39,400 nucleotides of DNA from Seison nebaliae. Taxonomy: Eukaryota. Position 1 is the stretch's first letter. Each line of letters starts with the position of its first letter. The stretch spans positions 1-39,400 of the forward strand of contig JALJEE010001089.1 in the NCBI GenBank assembly GCA_023231475.1, given 5' to 3'. This document shows positions 1-11,042 of the stretch, piece after piece. The position numbers and the translations under genes are program-made. Under the pieces are notes generated by a model that saw only the letters and a program-made list of their open reading frames with translations, was not told the DNA's origin and ran no database searches.

Positions 1-112
1 CTTTTCAATAAATTACATTACTTCGACTTCACACTATATCTTAGAACAGTTGGCACTACTATTTCAATCTTTGTCACTACTTCTCACAACTATCGAACCT
101 GCTCGAACAAAA

Positions 113-791
113 CTAATAACTTGTCGATCTATCCGCAACAGTAGTGGTTGTCGTTGTAGTGGTTGTCGTTGTAGTGGTTGTCGTTGTAGTGGTTGTCGTT
201 ACACTGGGTAGGGGATTAGGTAAACTATAATTAATATTTTATAAACCTCTGTATTAACTTTTAAATTAAATTACTAACTATCCATCACCATCACATACAC
301 CCATGCAAAGCGCATGATCATCGCTTCTCAAGTCGCTAATTTCGTAATCAATTTTTTTTTTTAACGCTTGCCCAGAAAGATTCTTGTTGATAATAAAAGA
401 CATAAATACAAATTGGGGGGAGAAAAATTTTGGTATGTAATTTTTAATGTAGATCGGTTTTTGATTCACAAATAAACGAAAATTTTGTGCAGTTCGTCTA
501 CTCATATATGACCTTTTCATTCTGTTTCTACTAAGCCTCTGACAAAAGTAATTTGATTCACATAGTCTTATGTTTAGACGAGGTTTATATTTTTTGGCAC
601 AATAGAGTTTATTATAAGTTTTACAATCCTGTATTTCTGATAGATATGATTAACTAATGAACTGAAAACAAACGAATGAACCAACCATATCCATGTTGAT
701 TGTCGATGATCGTTGAACAGTTAAAAAAGTTAATTGCAGTCGCAAATATTATGATATACCAAAAATAAATATAATGTATTGATAAAGTCAT
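113..791 (-). CDS. Orphan secreted protein (~191 aa) with a Cys-containing basic core and a C-terminal poly-Thr tail
   Basis: Exons 791-686, 636-279, 224-113, with GT-AG introns 685-637 (49 nt) and 278-225 (54 nt) that keep frame. The N-terminus MTLSIHYIYFWYIIIFATAINFFNC is signal-peptide-like. The middle exon contains track ORF 278-520. The protein ends LPNPLPSV-T20-VADRSTSY*. No family recognised. Confidence 0.65.
141..200. repeat. 4 perfect tandem copies of 15-mer GTAGTGGTTGTCGTT (encodes poly-Thr on the minus strand)
   Basis: Directly visible at 141-155, 156-170, 171-185 and 186-200. Confidence 0.95.
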
Positions 792-1436
792 CTAAACTAA
801 TAAACTAGTATTTGAAAGAAAACTAATAGAAATCAATTTTATTCTAAATTAAATTAATTTTTCGTCCATTATAACCTTGTGAAATGTTGAACAAAATGTA
901 ATGGCTGAAGAACGTACAAATAAACTAATGTTATACAATGTTCTTATCACTAGGAACGTGTCAGATTGTATGAACATCGAAGTCAATGCTAAGATCCTGA
1001 GCCATCTTAATTGTTAACTCATACATGTCTTCAGATAAGGGAAGTCACTTGATTGAGGAAGATGTACATTAATCCTCATCGAATCCCTTTTGTAAGTTTA
1101 CCTCGAGTATAAAAATTGTGTCAATTTTTGGCACAATTCATTCTTTTTAAATAAAAAATCAAACAATCTAGTAGTTAAAACCGATGATAGCGGATACCGC
1201 AGAAAATACTTCGGATGATCATGCTTATCTCCGGAATTCCACGATTTGGTGAATATGGATTAAGATATGCAATTTTTTTAATTTCTTTTATGAAATTCCC
1301 GACCGGATAAATCGAAATATTGTTGACCGATATCCTCCTTTATGGTCAGTGGTAAGAGATCTACGTTGCGTAAGATTAGTTGATACTAACACAGTGACAT
1401 CATTTGGAATAGATTGCCTTTCGCATCCGTAATTTC

Positions 1437-2037
1437 ACTCCAAAAAATCATGCAAATAGGGAAAATAAGGTTAAAGAGATGGATAAATTTTTTATCCTTA
1501 CAACCTTGTTATTGTAGGCATGGAATTTGAATTGTTGCTACCGTTAGAAAACCACATTAATAATCTGTACGAATGACGGACGTCTTTGAACATATCTTGT
1601 TCTTGTAGTAGCACGTCTTTACTACTGTATCTTATCTTTCTCTATTTTATGAATAAAGATTTAAATCTTCACAAATCTTACATTATGCAGAAAAATTGGC
1701 ACTAATTTCAGTTATTCGCAAAAATGAAAATTCTATCGTAATATGCATTATTCTTTACATAACTTAATTTTTTTTAATTTTAATTTTCTTTGGGCACTAT
1801 CGAATACTCTCCTTATTAGTCGATGTATTACACCACATTTTGATGATACCAGGTTTTCTAAATACATTTCTGAATAAGAAATTATTTAATACGTATATGA
1901 AATTGTATATAAAAAATACATACCTACATCTACATACAGAGTAGAAAAGAACAAACATCTGGTGTAATACTTTGACTAAGGTTTAAAAAATTTACACATA
2001 ACTTTTATTTTTCTTATCTGCATGATTTTTTTGGAGT
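1437..2037. mobile_element. Degenerate inverted-repeat-bounded element (~600 bp, MITE-like)
   Basis: The left arm 1437-1500 (ACTCCAAAAAATCATGCAAATAGG...AATTTTTTATCCTTA) is an imperfect reverse complement of the right arm 1977-2037 (TAAGGTTTAAAAAATTT...TGCATGATTTTTTTGGAGT). No clear target-site duplication or transposase. Confidence 0.4.
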
Positions 2038-2238
2038 CAATGCGTACCATTCCCTTGTTAGTTTTTTTATTATTATTATCATCTAGTTCCTTTATTAATT
2101 GGAAATCATCCAATTTCTTGAAATCGGCTTATTACAAAGTATTATTTTATTTATATTAGATAATATAATATATATGAATATATAAAGAATATAATACAAT
2201 TGAATTGTTATGGAATTTATTGTGCACCGGAAGGTTAT

Positions 2239-3722
2239 CTATTTATTGCGAAGAATACGAGGAATTTGTTCATTTCTTTCCGGGTCGAAGTACTTAACAA
2301 TATCAAGCCATGTTTCATACGTTTGGAATTGGAGCATTGAACTGAACATCAATTCTATGAGACTGAGCTGTTCAAAGAACATACCCTGGTTCATCAATTT
2401 GACATATTTTATCACCCTATCAAACCTAGCGGTGGTTGATTCCAATTCATGCAGTGATACTTTCAATTTCCTACAATGTGACACTATTATCGGGTCTGAG
2501 GTATATACTTGTCCAACAAAACTTGTTGCGAAAATAAATGCTAAAGAGCAAAAATCTGAGCTTTGGGGTGAACTTATTATACGTTTTTTAGCTATTACAT
2601 TAAATTCTTTAATGCCCAATTCTTGTCGTAAAACTATATTATATATGCCCATTTTCAAATCTCTGACGTTATCGTATAAATAACGAGGAAAAGTTCCATA
2701 ATCGATTAAGATAGGAAAGTGGTATGGGAATCTTTGACTATAACGTTTCTCTGGTATCATAATATTTAAATGGTGTATATCACCATGAGCATTTGCGTAG
2801 TCGCCTTTGTTAAACAAAGTTACCTCAACTAAGGGTCGTTTGTTCAACGTAAAATGAACAGCTTGTATTTGTCGTAGAAGTAAAATAACGAAGGCATAGA
2901 ATACTCTATTGTTAAATTGTAAAGATGTTAAGTAATTTAGACAATTTGTCAGTATATCACCCTGAACGTACGTGATATCCATACATACCATTGTTTGTGG
3001 ATACACATATGTCAAACCGTAATCTTTTTCGAAAATTAAAACAAATTAAAGGAAAGAATAAAGAAACTTTGTGTAGCTATTAAAGTTTTTGATACATGTC
3101 GATTCTCAATACGTCCACGGGATGCACCTAATAAACGATATTGATGCCAATCGCCAACCGGGTGTATGAAAAAGGCTTCTAATGCATTTAATTCTATTAT
3201 GAGATCGCCAGGTTCATAAAATACTTTTTAAAGACTTATGTTAGAAATAGTTATGAATAATCTATAAAACATTTCGCAACACTTCTATCACCAGTTCTTG
3301 CCTTTAGTAAAAAAATCCTACCTTGTCCACCACAACCAAGTGAAGTCTAATTTACGTTAGTATTAATTTTAGGACAAACACAATAAAACTTTTTTGAAAC
3401 ATTTTGAAGATTCGGTTATATAGGTTGCCAGATGTACATTGGGAATTATAGGTGCTGTAATCGCAGGCCAGGTAATTTGATTTTTTTTATTTTCAATTTT
3501 AGGCAAGTTTTGGCATTTTTCGCTATATTGGAAAACATCTACTTTAAATGGTGCTCCGTCTAAACCCATTGCGAAACCATATATTTTAATAAACTCATTA
3601 GTTAGTTTTTCTGCTTCAATAAATTTTTGTTCATTGATATTCGACCTGAATAATATGGATTTATGATAATCTTGTCCACTAACAAGATAAAATAGATGGA
3701 AAAAAAGACAAAACACATTCAT
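2239..3722 (-). CDS. Divergent protein kinase (ePK fold, ~449 aa) with an N-terminal signal peptide
   Basis: Exons 3722-3390, 3346-3271, 3223-3068, 3023-2239 (introns 43, 47, 44 nt, all GTTT..AG). The spliced product has a Gly loop LGCGGQG, VAK lysine, alphaC Glu (IIELNAL), catalytic loop HGDIHHLN, DYG in place of DFG, and subdomain IX SDFCSLA. The N-terminus MNVFCLFFHLFYLVSG|QD is signal-peptide-like. Confidence 0.8.
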
Positions 3723-4551
3723 CAAAAATAGATAAAAGAAATGAAAAAATTAGGTAGAATACTTAAAAATATTATAATTCAATGAAACAATCAAAATTCA
3801 TTTTGTTTTATGCTTTAGAGAATTTAATGTATTTCAATTTATATGGTTATATTGTTATATATGTACATTAAATCGAAAAAGTTCAACAGTGTTGATCAAC
3901 CTTCAGCCCATTTATTAAGTGTAACTCGTTTCTTTTCTAATTTACTTATAGACATAAAATCAACAAGGGTATCGTCTTTTAAAATCTCCCTGATTTTATG
4001 TTTATTCCTCATCTAATCTTTTTACACTACTTCCCACCTTTCTCACATGTTTCTGCCTCTCCATTTGCCGCATCTTCTAGATTGATTATCAGTTTGCCGA
4101 GATTATCCCAGATATTAAATCCATTGACAATTCAAAGTGGAAGTATCGCGAGAAGTGTATTAAGTAGAATCACATATAGAATAAAAATAGATGTTTTAAA
4201 GAATTTTACAAAATCAAAACAAGAATTCCAGCTAGATTTTCCTTTGGTATAGCTCTCACATATGGAAGAAAAATCATCCATGAGGAAAGGTAATTCATAT
4301 GTGCGGTTATAGAGTATATATAAAAATGAGCGATTTAACTACCCTGTTTTGGTGATAGAATTTATACTGTATTTTTGTTGTTGGTAATTATAAAACTTTC
4401 AACTATAGGAACAAAATAAAACTATTGTGAAAGACTAATATTTGGAATGAAGAAATAAACGAATTTTTATTTGGAAAAAAAAACGCATATGTTTCAATAA
4501 GATATTCAATTAGTGCGGAGTAAATTTTGAAAATGTTTCATTTTTATTTAA

Positions 4552-6237
4552 TCACGAAGCCGGTGGTGGGGGTGGTGGGGGTGGAGGTACAACATTAAAA
4601 GCACCCAAAGGAACGATTCGTGACGATATAGTGGTTGTTGGTGGTGGTGGAGGAGCGACCATTCTTATTGCTGAGGGAATTATTGAATTAGTCGTTGGTG
4701 GTGGTGGGGGAGGTTGGAGAGTGTATGGCATTTGTGGTATAATAGCTGATGCAGGTGGTGGCGGTGGTTGCAACCAATATTGTGTCGGTGGTAGTTGTTG
4801 ATGTTTTTTTTGTTGTAAGGATTTGAAGTATTCACCTAATTCTCCATCATATGCTGGTTGTTCCATACTTCCTCGAGAACCATAACCATAATTACAAAGA
4901 TTACTCGCTTGATTCGGTTTAATGGCTGTAGTATTACCATTTGCTTTTTCATTTGCTTCTACTCCATTTTTTGTTTGCTCATCATTTCGTTCGCCTTCAG
5001 TTAACATTTCCGGTGCTGCTTGTAAAGTAAATATACTTCCACCAGATTTGCCAGCACTCTTGTCATTCTGCTTCAAACTAGAATTCTCTAAAATGTTAAA
5101 TGCTTTCTTATCACCCAACTCCAATAACATATTCGCGTATTCTGGATCGGCTTCATGATCAATTAAATTAACATGATTTTTTCCACCAGGAATCTCATCT
5201 CCATTTGCAAACATACAATCCGAAACGATGTGACCCGGATTACCGCATTTTGTACAAACGACAGCATTTGTATAAATTTTTCTTGATTCCTCTATTTGAT
5301 TCAATTTGTTCAAACCATCTACATATCGATATGTTCCATTAATCATAGCCAATTGTTTCAGTTGATCACAACGTCTCGCATTTTGATCTTCAGGAATTTC
5401 AATTCCATTTTTTATGATAATTTTTATTCTTTCTGCTGCTGTTTTTGTTGTAATTTCTTCATTAGAACTTACCCAAGCATGCAACGGTTCATCTTCTCCA
5501 GGCAATTTCATACCTTGTGGCCGTCCCGCCAGTTTACTTTCTTTCACACTACCTTTCCCACGAATAATAATTTTAGCTCCCGTATCCTTCTCCAACGTTT
5601 TCAGCGATTCACCACGTGGACCTATAATCAGTCCGATGAAATTGATAGTTGGATGTTCCTCCTGTGGAATGAAGACCTTATCCGTATACTGTACTCGAGG
5701 AACTCGGTAATCGACAGGAGGAATATAATTCGGTCTGAGAATCTTCATTTGTTGAATCGCATCATGGCGCTCTTGTTCGAGAGCTTGTCGATAACGAACT
5801 TCTCTCGTATTCAATCGTTTTCCATTCTGATCATAAATCGGTTCGGGTGATGGTGAACGTGGTCGATCAACAGGAGGGAGAATTTGGCCTCGTTTCAACT
5901 TTTGAGTTAGATCTTCAATCTTCACCTGAAGCAAATGACATTGTAGCTCTTCTTGTGGTAATTCGGTAGCAATTGCAGTTGGTACTCCTGGCAAATAAGT
6001 CTTATCGTATTCACTTCCTTGCCATCTGGATGCTCGTCTTCTCTTCTTTTTTGGAACGTCAATTGCTGTATTAATTGATGTTTCTGGAGTCTCCAATGTT
6101 ACATTTTGTACTAATTCTGCTGGTTTTGTTTCGATTTTGTGTTTTAACAATATCGATTTGGCCACTTCGTTTGCATTGGATAATGCATTCATTTTAATAT
6201 TCGACACGGGGAACTGATCGACTAGAAGTATTTTCAT
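4552..6237 (-). CDS. SF1: Splicing factor 1 / branch-point binding protein, intronless
   Basis: U2AF-ligand motif KKRRRASRW, RSPSPEPIYD..GKRLNTREVR, KH domain NFIGLIIGPRG..GAKIIIRGKGSVKE, QUA2 helix, Zn knuckle CTKCGNPGHIVSDC and a Pro-rich tail. The start could be the second Met (6190). Confidence 0.96.
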   Translation of the reverse strand: MKILLVDQFPVSNIKMNALSNANEVAKSILLKHKIETKPAELVQNVTLETPETSINTAIDVPKKKRRRASRWQGSEYDKTYLPGVPTAIATELPQEELQCHLLQVKIEDLTQKLKRGQILPPVDRPRSPSPEPIYDQNGKRLNTREVRYRQALEQERHDAIQQMKILRPNYIPPVDYRVPRVQYTDKVFIPQEEHPTINFIGLIIGPRGESLKTLEKDTGAKIIIRGKGSVKESKLAGRPQGMKLPGEDEPLHAWVSSNEEITTKTAAERIKIIIKNGIEIPEDQNARRCDQLKQLAMINGTYRYVDGLNKLNQIEESRKIYTNAVVCTKCGNPGHIVSDCMFANGDEIPGGKNHVNLIDHEADPEYANMLLELGDKKAFNILENSSLKQNDKSAGKSGGSIFTLQAAPEMLTEGERNDEQTKNGVEANEKANGNTTAIKPNQASNLCNYGYGSRGSMEQPAYDGELGEYFKSLQQKKHQQLPPTQYWLQPPPPPASAIIPQMPYTLQPPPPPPTTNSIIPSAIRMVAPPPPPTTTISSRIVPLGAFNVVPPPPPPPPPAS

Positions 6238-6499
6238 TTAATAATTATTTTCGAAAAAAATCATTTCAATACAATAACCATACAAAAAGAGAGAGAGAAA
6301 GAGAAAATATGATTAATATTTTTTATAAGAAAATCTTTGTTATTCTTCATCTGCAAATAATTCCTTTTGTTTAAATCATTCGAATAGGAAGGAAAGGACT
6401 CTGATTGAATTTAAACAAAAAATCCAAATCATAAACACATAACTCAATAATAATTTACACGTATTTTCACTTAAAACTTTCTTTTGAAGTTGTGTCGTG

Positions 6500-6870
6500 T
6501 ACAATGATCTACTGGTGACAATAACTCGAGGTAGATCAATTATTGGTTTATTCTAAACTTAAAAGTCTAGATTGGCTAAAGAAATTGGGTTTCCGAAGAG
6601 ATAATCCCTTCATGAACAATTGATGAGTAAAGATATAGAAAATAATCAGAAAATTAAATTAGAGAATGAAGAAAAAGTATGTGATATATTTGAATTTGCA
6701 TCAAAATTTAACAAAAATGAAACGGACAATGTTCCAATCTAACTAAAATTGAATTATCGAGGATTAATAAAGAACAAAGAAATTAATTTAATAGAATAAT
6801 CTCCTGCTTTATATAGGGGACTCAGGAAAAATAATAACTTCGATTTGATGTATCAAGATCTGTTGAGTTA
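6500..6870 (+). pseudogene. Decayed coding relic, possibly an LTR-retrotransposon protease/pol fragment
   Basis: Reads YNDLLVTITRGRSIIG-[19 nt]-LDWLKKLGF, resembling the retropepsin C-terminal (I/L)LGxDWL motif, followed by coding-like sequence with a frameshift and stops. Confidence 0.3.
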
Positions 6871-7853
6871 GTAACGGAATTCATTGGAATTTTCAAACAA
6901 TAATTCGATTTTTAATTTTATTGGATTCTTCACACTGTCATGTAAATAATAGTTTATTTCAAAAGCAACTATAATAACATTTTTTTTATTGAGAAATAAA
7001 CTTCTTATATATTAAAACGAACAAAATTCATGTATCTCATATAATTCTTCGTACTTCAAATTTTTAGTCTTATTTTCAAATATTTTAGTTATTTAATGTC
7101 CCTGTCAATGATGGTTATTAAATTTATGTTGTTGTCACTGTGACTCATATCTTTAGAACGTATCAAATTAAACTTAATAAATAATCTTTTACATGTGAAT
7201 AAGCATCTTTGAATCTGAAAATTTGTAAAAAAAATTTGATATTTTTTTAAAAATTGGCACATCTTTTCATTAATTCTTATTATGTCATCTGCATATAGGA
7301 TAACGGCAAAAGCAAGGAACTCAGACGTACCTTTTCCTAAAAATTCACAAGCAATTCAATTTTCAATTCTTTCGTAAAAATCTTTGTCAGTTTTATCCTT
7401 TCTTTCCAAAATTTCATTCAATTTACCCCACTGGGACTAAATTAATAAAAAAAATTTATTACATAAATTATATTTTTGTAATGTAAGTAGAACCAAATTA
7501 TCATTGTTTTCCTTCTTTTAGTTATATTCGTTCTTTTTCACTAATTAAAAACCGAAATTTTAGGGTATTGTTCATGGTAGGATTATAATTCAATTGAAAG
7601 ACATTACAGAGTTACACTGCATATCAGTATTCTCTTCCGCTCATATTCCATTGTATAGAATCTAATACTGACATGAAATAAAAGAACTGTAATAAAATTC
7701 TAATACATATTATTGAATAGAATAAAATGTAGTACGATTGGAAAGGGATGCAATTAATGTAGTTAGACAATAAGAAGAAGTTTTTTTTTCAAATTTAAAA
7801 TATTATGATAAATATAAAATGATGGGGGAATAGAGTAAATCGAAAAAAGGTGT

Positions 7854-10489
7854 TTAGTTAATTTTTGAAGAAGTAAGTTTGAGATTTGCATGATCCACCC
7901 TAACTATTTCTTTAACTGTTCTTTCGATTTCATTCTCTTCCACATTGAAGAAATCAAAAAATAAATTGAGCTTAAACTTCTGTATATGGAAATGATGAAA
8001 TGGATAAAGGAAACGGAAATTTCTAACGAAATTTTCTTTCGCTTCCTTCGTATTAATAAAGCAGAGACGTGTTTGCGCGATTGGTTGTTGGAGTGGATTG
8101 AACGATGGTAATGAATCGATTTCACTCTTACAAATCTTATATGTGACACCCATAGACTATAAGAAAAATTAAGAATGTTATAATGAAATATTTCAATTAG
8201 AAACTTTATTGGGAGTTACTTCGACTATTTCACAATTGTCAATACGATATTCTGTATTCAAATTGGACAGATGAAGCAAAAATAGATGTGTAAAATTCAA
8301 TGAAATGTTGTCATTCATTTCATTAGATTTCAGAGTAGCCGGTATTAAGAGAAGACGAATGTCGTCGCGTTCATAAATTGGAATGGAATCTTTCATTTTT
8401 AGATTAAGTTTCGTCATATCTAAATCATCGAAATTTACATTTTTCTGAGATTGAATGTGATGTGAAGAATTGAAGATTTCATCTTTTGAAAATTGAATTT
8501 CTGATTTATCACTTGATAAAATTTCTTTTATGTTATTTTTTGGTATAGGAAAAGTTTTCATCATATTTAATCCATTATTTATAATGTTTGTTGTTGTTGT
8601 TGCTGTTGTGGGATAGGAGGAAGTGGTGGCGATTAAACTGGAAATTGGTGAGTCAGTTCCTATTTTATCTGTCAATTGTTGTTTCATCCAAGACTCACTT
8701 AATTCGGACAATTCTGAAAAACAGTCTTTTGGTTTATCTAACTTTATATCAATTCTTTTTTTCATTACAGGAACTTGATGATTATCTTTCTCATTAATAT
8801 CGATCTCTTCATTTTTATTGTTACTGAACTGCAGAACGGGAACAGTTCTATCCATTTTGCAATTACTAAAAATATCGTCAATTATATTTTTAGTTTCTTT
8901 TTCAGTTGTAGATGATGTTGTAGAAGAGTGGAAGATATCACCATATTTGACTAATTGATGTGAGTTCTCATGGATTGGTTCATCGAAATCAACTAAAAAC
9001 AATTGATCAATATCAGCAGATCCATTACTAAGTTCGTTTTCCGAAATCTCAAGTTTTTTAGGAATTGGACTTACTGTTGTTTCCAATGATTGGCCAATAT
9101 TAGTGTGGGAGGAAGTTGTATCTTTATTTTCGTGTTTACCATCTTCGAAATCATTGAATAACAAAATATTATCAATTTGTGTTTCTTCAGATAATTCGTT
9201 TGATCCGCACATAACCTTATCATATTTCTCCAACGACATACAAATGTAATCGTTACAATCCAATAAACTTTCTAAAATTAGAAAAGATTTGTGAAAAAAT
9301 GCAAATGAATTATATCGAACTCATCAAATCTGAATCGGAGGTATCACAATCAGTTATCATTTTCTTCAATTCTTCATTTTTCCCTTTCAAATCGTCGTAG
9401 ACAATCTAAGAAGGATGATAGTTGAAGATCGTTAAATAACAAATGGTGAAACTTGTAAAGTTTCTTCGGAACTTTCCGATTCATTTGCGTAATTATCCAA
9501 CATCTCATTTAATATTCTTGCACTCAACTTCGTTTTCTCAATATCGGACAATTTTGTTGCTCGAACTTCCACTTTCGCGTCATCTTTTTTTAACATTTGT
9601 TTTATTAAGTTATTTGCCTTCTGCAAATCATTCTCATTCTTACTCTTCAAATATGATTTCAGTGTCTATGAAAAGAAAGTGTGAGAAATTGTTATTGTTC
9701 TCTTCTTAACAAACTTGAACATCGGGATTGTGATTGTCGAATATTGATGGAGATCTTGGTCTTGGTACAATTTTATTATTCTGAAAATAGGAAGAGAGTC
9801 GAAGAGAGAGATTGATAATTGGATAAAGAGTATTGACGTTAGAAACTTCGAGAATATGAGTTGGATCTGATTTTATAAATGAATAATTTTTCAGAGCGTT
9901 ATAAGCTTCACTGATTTTTGATTCGTGTGGAAGATAGATCGTCCATGAATATAATAATTCTATACATTTCGTTTGTACTTTTGCCGTTGTTCGATTTCCA
10001 AGAAACTGACAATTTCATAAAAAAGAGAAGATGACGAATGAAGGAACTTTTGGAGAAATCATTCGAATAATTTCATTAAGAAATTTGAATTTACCAATTT
10101 CCTGATGGAGAAGACAACCACATTCATTGACAGCCGCATCTAACACCTTGAGTATGAATAATCAAATATTCTTCTAACTATGTCATCTAACTGACAGAGC
10201 GAGTAGTGCTTCCCATTCCTCGTGCGATTGCATCTTCTTGACCAACAATGACAAACCAGATCGTATCGTTGTCAAATCAGAATTCATTTTCTTGCAAAAC
10301 GACGTCACTAATTGTGGATCATATGAAGTTTTCTGATTCTCATGAAAGATCTTACCTTCGACAATTGATGAGTTAAATGATTTTAATAAAATTAAAACTA
10401 AAATCAATATCGATATTCTGATTAGCAGACGACGTTATTTTCGGATTTTCACCCGTCAACGACGAAAGATTGTTGATGAATAACGGCAT
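7854..10489 (-). CDS. GGA: GGA clathrin adaptor (VHS-GAT-hinge-GAE-like), ~751 aa, 9 exons
   Basis: Exons 10489-10399, 10355-10192, 10146-10048, 10005-9838 (or 9847), 9780-9715, 9665-9453, 9405-9321, 9271-8205, 8156-7854. The VHS segment KMQSHEEWEALLALS|VLDAAVNECGCLLHQEIGKFKFLNEIIRMISPK|FLGNRT...LLYSW matches GGA1-3. GAT segment LKSKNENDLQKANNLIKQM. Ear-like segment LPSFNPLQQPIAQTRL. Confidence 0.9.
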
Positions 10490-11042
10490 TATCTTTTTGG
10501 AATCAATTTTGATTTTACTATGAGAAAGAAAATACTGAGAATGACGATTTAGATTACAGCAATTGCCACCACGTATGGAAACGATTAGCGAATAATAATA
10601 ATGAAAAATTAAAATAATGAAAAAGGAATTTATCGAAATTTTCTTTTTATTATTAGAAACATGAATTTTTAATATATAACCATAGAAGAATTTGAAGAAA
10701 AATTATTTCTCACAAATTCATTTTACGTTTTTGGCTTATCTTCTCCTTCTTCAATTCCAAACAAATTTTTGACAGGCAACTAATCTTACATAATAGAAGT
10801 AAAAAATATCTCAAACGTCTGTTAATTAACTTTTTATTTCAAAAAAAAAATACAGTAAAATTGTCTGTATTTTTTCTAATATCTTTCTTTCTTTTTAACT
10901 TTTTTCTTATAAAATTTCTTATAATTAAAAATGAGAATTGTAGGTGCACGTTGAATTTATAGCCAGAACAATTAAGAAAATACGTTTCCTTTTTAGATTC
11001 TCCTCCCAATCGTCCAACAGATCTGTGAATTGAACAATTTGA
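10490..11042. promoter_or_regulatory. Divergent (head-to-head) promoter region between GGA and PP4c
   Basis: The two ATGs point away from each other, 553 bp apart, across AT-rich sequence. Individual elements not resolved. Confidence 0.55.

Noticed and set aside
141..200. Short direct repeats as a CRISPR array
   Set aside because: No spacers; it is a contiguous coding minisatellite in a eukaryotic gene.
855..1660. Coding-like stretches on both strands between the two secreted genes
   Set aside because: Every frame I tried is broken by stops, with no consistent splice model or recognisable motif; possibly a relic but unsupported.
2126..2137. GGCTTATTACAA, matching the start of the bdelloid rotifer spliced leader as I recall it, followed by AGTT
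   Set aside because: Only 12 nt match, and no stem-loops or clear Sm site follow; likely chance.
2210..2683. 157 aa plus-strand ORF
   Set aside because: Antisense shadow of the kinase last exon; no motifs.
3998..4340. 84 aa plus-strand ORF and a stop-interrupted minus-strand frame
   Set aside because: No recognisable domain or splice model.
4922..5850. Three plus-strand ORFs (78, 184 and 98 aa)
   Set aside because: Antisense shadows of SF1.
7620..7675. CAGTATT...TAATACTG hairpin with a miR-8/200-like seed
   Set aside because: The stem is only ~11 bp with a ~30 nt loop, and the rest does not resemble the mature miRNA.
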